Positions 62,441-64,000 of a stretch of 64,000 bases of DNA are shown piece after piece. The DNA comes from an uncultured cyanobacterium (GTDB lineage Bacteria; Cyanobacteriota; Cyanobacteriia; Cyanobacteriales; CAWUOF01). A program made the position numbers and the translations under genes. The notes below the pieces were generated by a model that worked only from the letters and a program-made list of their open reading frames with translations, was not told where the DNA came from and ran no database searches. How positions within the stretch are numbered: the stretch's first letter is position 1; each line of letters begins with the position of its first letter. Location: NCBI GenBank assembly GCA_963744145.1, contig CAVUSO010000001.1, forward strand, positions 3,904,001-3,968,000. The letters are read 5' to 3'.

Positions 62441-62703
62441 ATAGTCATTGTTGGGCAACAAGCGAGGGAATTGAGGTAGGTAAAGATGCGGTCAAGTTCC
62501 CCTATGGCATTGAGTTCTGCCTCTTCTTCTAGGGTCAGCAAACCTGTCTTGTTTTTTTCTAGCAGGTCTTCAAGGTTAGATTGTAACTCGTCGGTAAATT
62601 TGAAGAGTCGAAGGCTATCAACCTTCTCAACTTTAATGCCTGTTTCTAGTAAAGAGTGTGGGCTAATCACTACTTGAATCATAATTTTGCTGCTCCAGTA
62701 CAA
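62413..62703 (-). CDS. Small antitoxin-like hypothetical protein (3' end probably degenerate)
   Basis: FKFTDELQSNLEDLLEKNK.G.LT.EEEAEL..I.ELDRIFT. Confidence 0.55.
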   Translation of the reverse strand: MYWSSKIMIQVVISPHSLLETGIKVEKVDSLRLFKFTDELQSNLEDLLEKNKTGLLTLEEEAELNAIGELDRIFTYLNSLACCPTMTIYPTANSVN

Positions 62704-62766
62704 AGGACTAACTTAACTTAATTTACGTCTATTTAATGAGTTTGCAGGAGATACAAGCAACACACT

Positions 62767-63129
62767 TTATGGCAAAGGTAAATAAACTATTCGGTCTTGA
62801 TATTCATACTCCTCAGAGGTCAGGGCAACTAAAATCAATTCTTCAAGGTTTTCGCCAATACTTAAATTAGGATTGAGGATAAAAATCCCTGGTATATGAT
62901 GATCTAGCGCGATATGATCTGCCAAGTGAACTGGCATTGAAGTACGGTTATTAGTCACAAGCACAAATTGATGATCTTCGCACCAATAGAGAATGTCTGG
63001 ATCGAGTGTTCCTTTTGGTGGTGTTTCCGGTTCTCCTACTACTTGGATTACGATACCAGGTTCTCGCTGTCTAATTTGATTGGGATACAGAGGATTTACA
63101 TTTTCATCAATTAGGTATTTTAGAGTCAT
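62767..63129 (-). CDS. DUF5615 PIN-like toxin (second copy)
   Basis: LKYLIDEN and LVTNNRTSMPVHL; paralogue of 48576-48938. Confidence 0.82.
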   Translation of the reverse strand: MTLKYLIDENVNPLYPNQIRQREPGIVIQVVGEPETPPKGTLDPDILYWCEDHQFVLVTNNRTSMPVHLADHIALDHHIPGIFILNPNLSIGENLEELILVALTSEEYEYQDRIVYLPLP

Positions 63130-63133
63130 CGGC

Positions 63134-63466
63134 TTATGTTTTGGCTTGTCTATCTGCTCTCAATTGACGAAGTTTTTCCGATACTGGTGGAGGGTTGAGT
63201 CGCTGTTGTTCTCTCATTTTGTGACCGTGTTCTATCCAATTTTTTATGTAATTGTTGATGGTTTCTTTGTTCTGTAGGTAATATAGAATTGTCGCATAGA
63301 CTTGTTCTAAGGTTAGCGAGGGGTAGGTTTGGGCAATTTCCTCTGGAGTGCGACTGCGATCGATGTATTCATAAAGGATGGTTTCGATGCCGATTCTTGT
63401 GCCTTTCAGTCGAATATCATCAGGGGTGAGAAAGTTGAAATAATCTGTTAGTTGTGCTGTTGACAT
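63134..63466 (-). CDS. DUF433 antitoxin (second copy)
   Basis: IRLKGTRIGIETILY and YPSLTLEQVYA; paralogue of 48916-49266. Confidence 0.85.
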   Translation of the reverse strand: MSTAQLTDYFNFLTPDDIRLKGTRIGIETILYEYIDRSRTPEEIAQTYPSLTLEQVYATILYYLQNKETINNYIKNWIEHGHKMREQQRLNPPPVSEKLRQLRADRQAKT

Positions 63467-63581
63467 GGTTAAGCCTCATTCAATAATAGTCATTGTTGGG
63501 CAACAAGCGAGGGAATTTACGTAGGTATTGATAGCGATCGCTTTCTACACCAATAGGTTAGAAAGCGATCACACTTGGTTT

Positions 63582-64000
63582 CTAGCTACTGCATAGTTGA
63601 TTCCAATTCGGGGGCGATTCTGCCAGATTTTGATAGATCATTGGCAACCAGCTAGCGCGGGAAAATTGATACTCAAAACCAGTCAACCTTTCTCGTGCTT
63701 CCCTGACTGACAAATATAAGGGTTTGCCAGTCGCAAAAGCTTGAAGAAAATACTTCAAGAATTCTTGAGCTACACGATCAGGTATTAGCTCTTGCATGAA
63801 AATGATTTGGGGGATCTGCAAAGAGGCTAACTCTTGCGCTAAACCCAAGCCGTCACAAGAGTTGAAAATTCCTAATTGTAGCCCTTGTGAAATTGCCTTC
63901 CGCAGCGGATGCTTTAAGTCGCCTATGGTAACGCTATCGGTTTCGTTGATATAAAACCGTCCTTTTTCTCCCTCAGTGCAGCTATGCCCACCAAGATAGA
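63582..64000 (-). CDS. CHAT protease, C-terminal part (5' end outside the window)
   Basis: Frame open from the window edge: YLGGHSCTEG...GLQLGIFNSCDGLGLA...SWLPMIYQN. Confidence 0.85.
   Translation of the reverse strand, partial: YLGGHSCTEGEKGRFYINETDSVTIGDLKHPLRKAISQGLQLGIFNSCDGLGLAQELASLQIPQIIFMQELIPDRVAQEFLKYFLQAFATGKPLYLSVREARERLTGFEYQFSRASWLPMIYQNLAESPPNWNQLCSS

Noticed and set aside
334..63277. Short antisense or overlapping ORFs in the track (e.g. 334-525, 6359-6679, 20799-21221, 44138-44503, 47213-47581)
   Set aside because: They shadow well-supported genes and show no motifs.
1..64000. Very frequent GCGATCGC octamer
   Set aside because: This is HIP1, a well-known cyanobacterial feature; used only for taxonomic inference.
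1..64000. tRNA or rRNA genes
   Set aside because: None recognised by eye; tRNAscan-SE/Infernal would be needed to exclude small RNAs.

Overview
Cyanobacterial chromosome segment (petCA, nirA-nrtP-narB-narM with an NtcA promoter, dense HIP1 GCGATCGC octamers), probably from a filamentous strain (inference). About 1-36 kb is mostly core genes (hemE, petCA, rpsF, glyA, nitrate assimilation, a Ser/Thr kinase, an SPFH protein) with an intact IS4 and many REP/MITE-like repeats. About 37-64 kb is an accessory signalling/conflict island. It holds five CHAT (caspase-like) protease domains with intact His/Cys dyads, a sigma-like/DUF1822/CHAT operon, a CHAT-iSTAND/MoxR/vWA ternary operon, a CHAT-TM-PstS receptor, decaying toxin-antitoxin cassettes, ISAs1 and an IS982 relic. 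The best candidate for an undescribed system is a catalytically dead 2-hydroxyacid-dehydrogenase NAD domain fused to a DUF1822 C-terminal domain, encoded head-to-head with an intact dehydrogenase. This suggests DUF1822-C is a modular CHAT-substrate tag. Three single-base frameshifts, one in the normally essential petC, suggest assembly indel errors. All family calls are by eye, from motifs; no searches were run.
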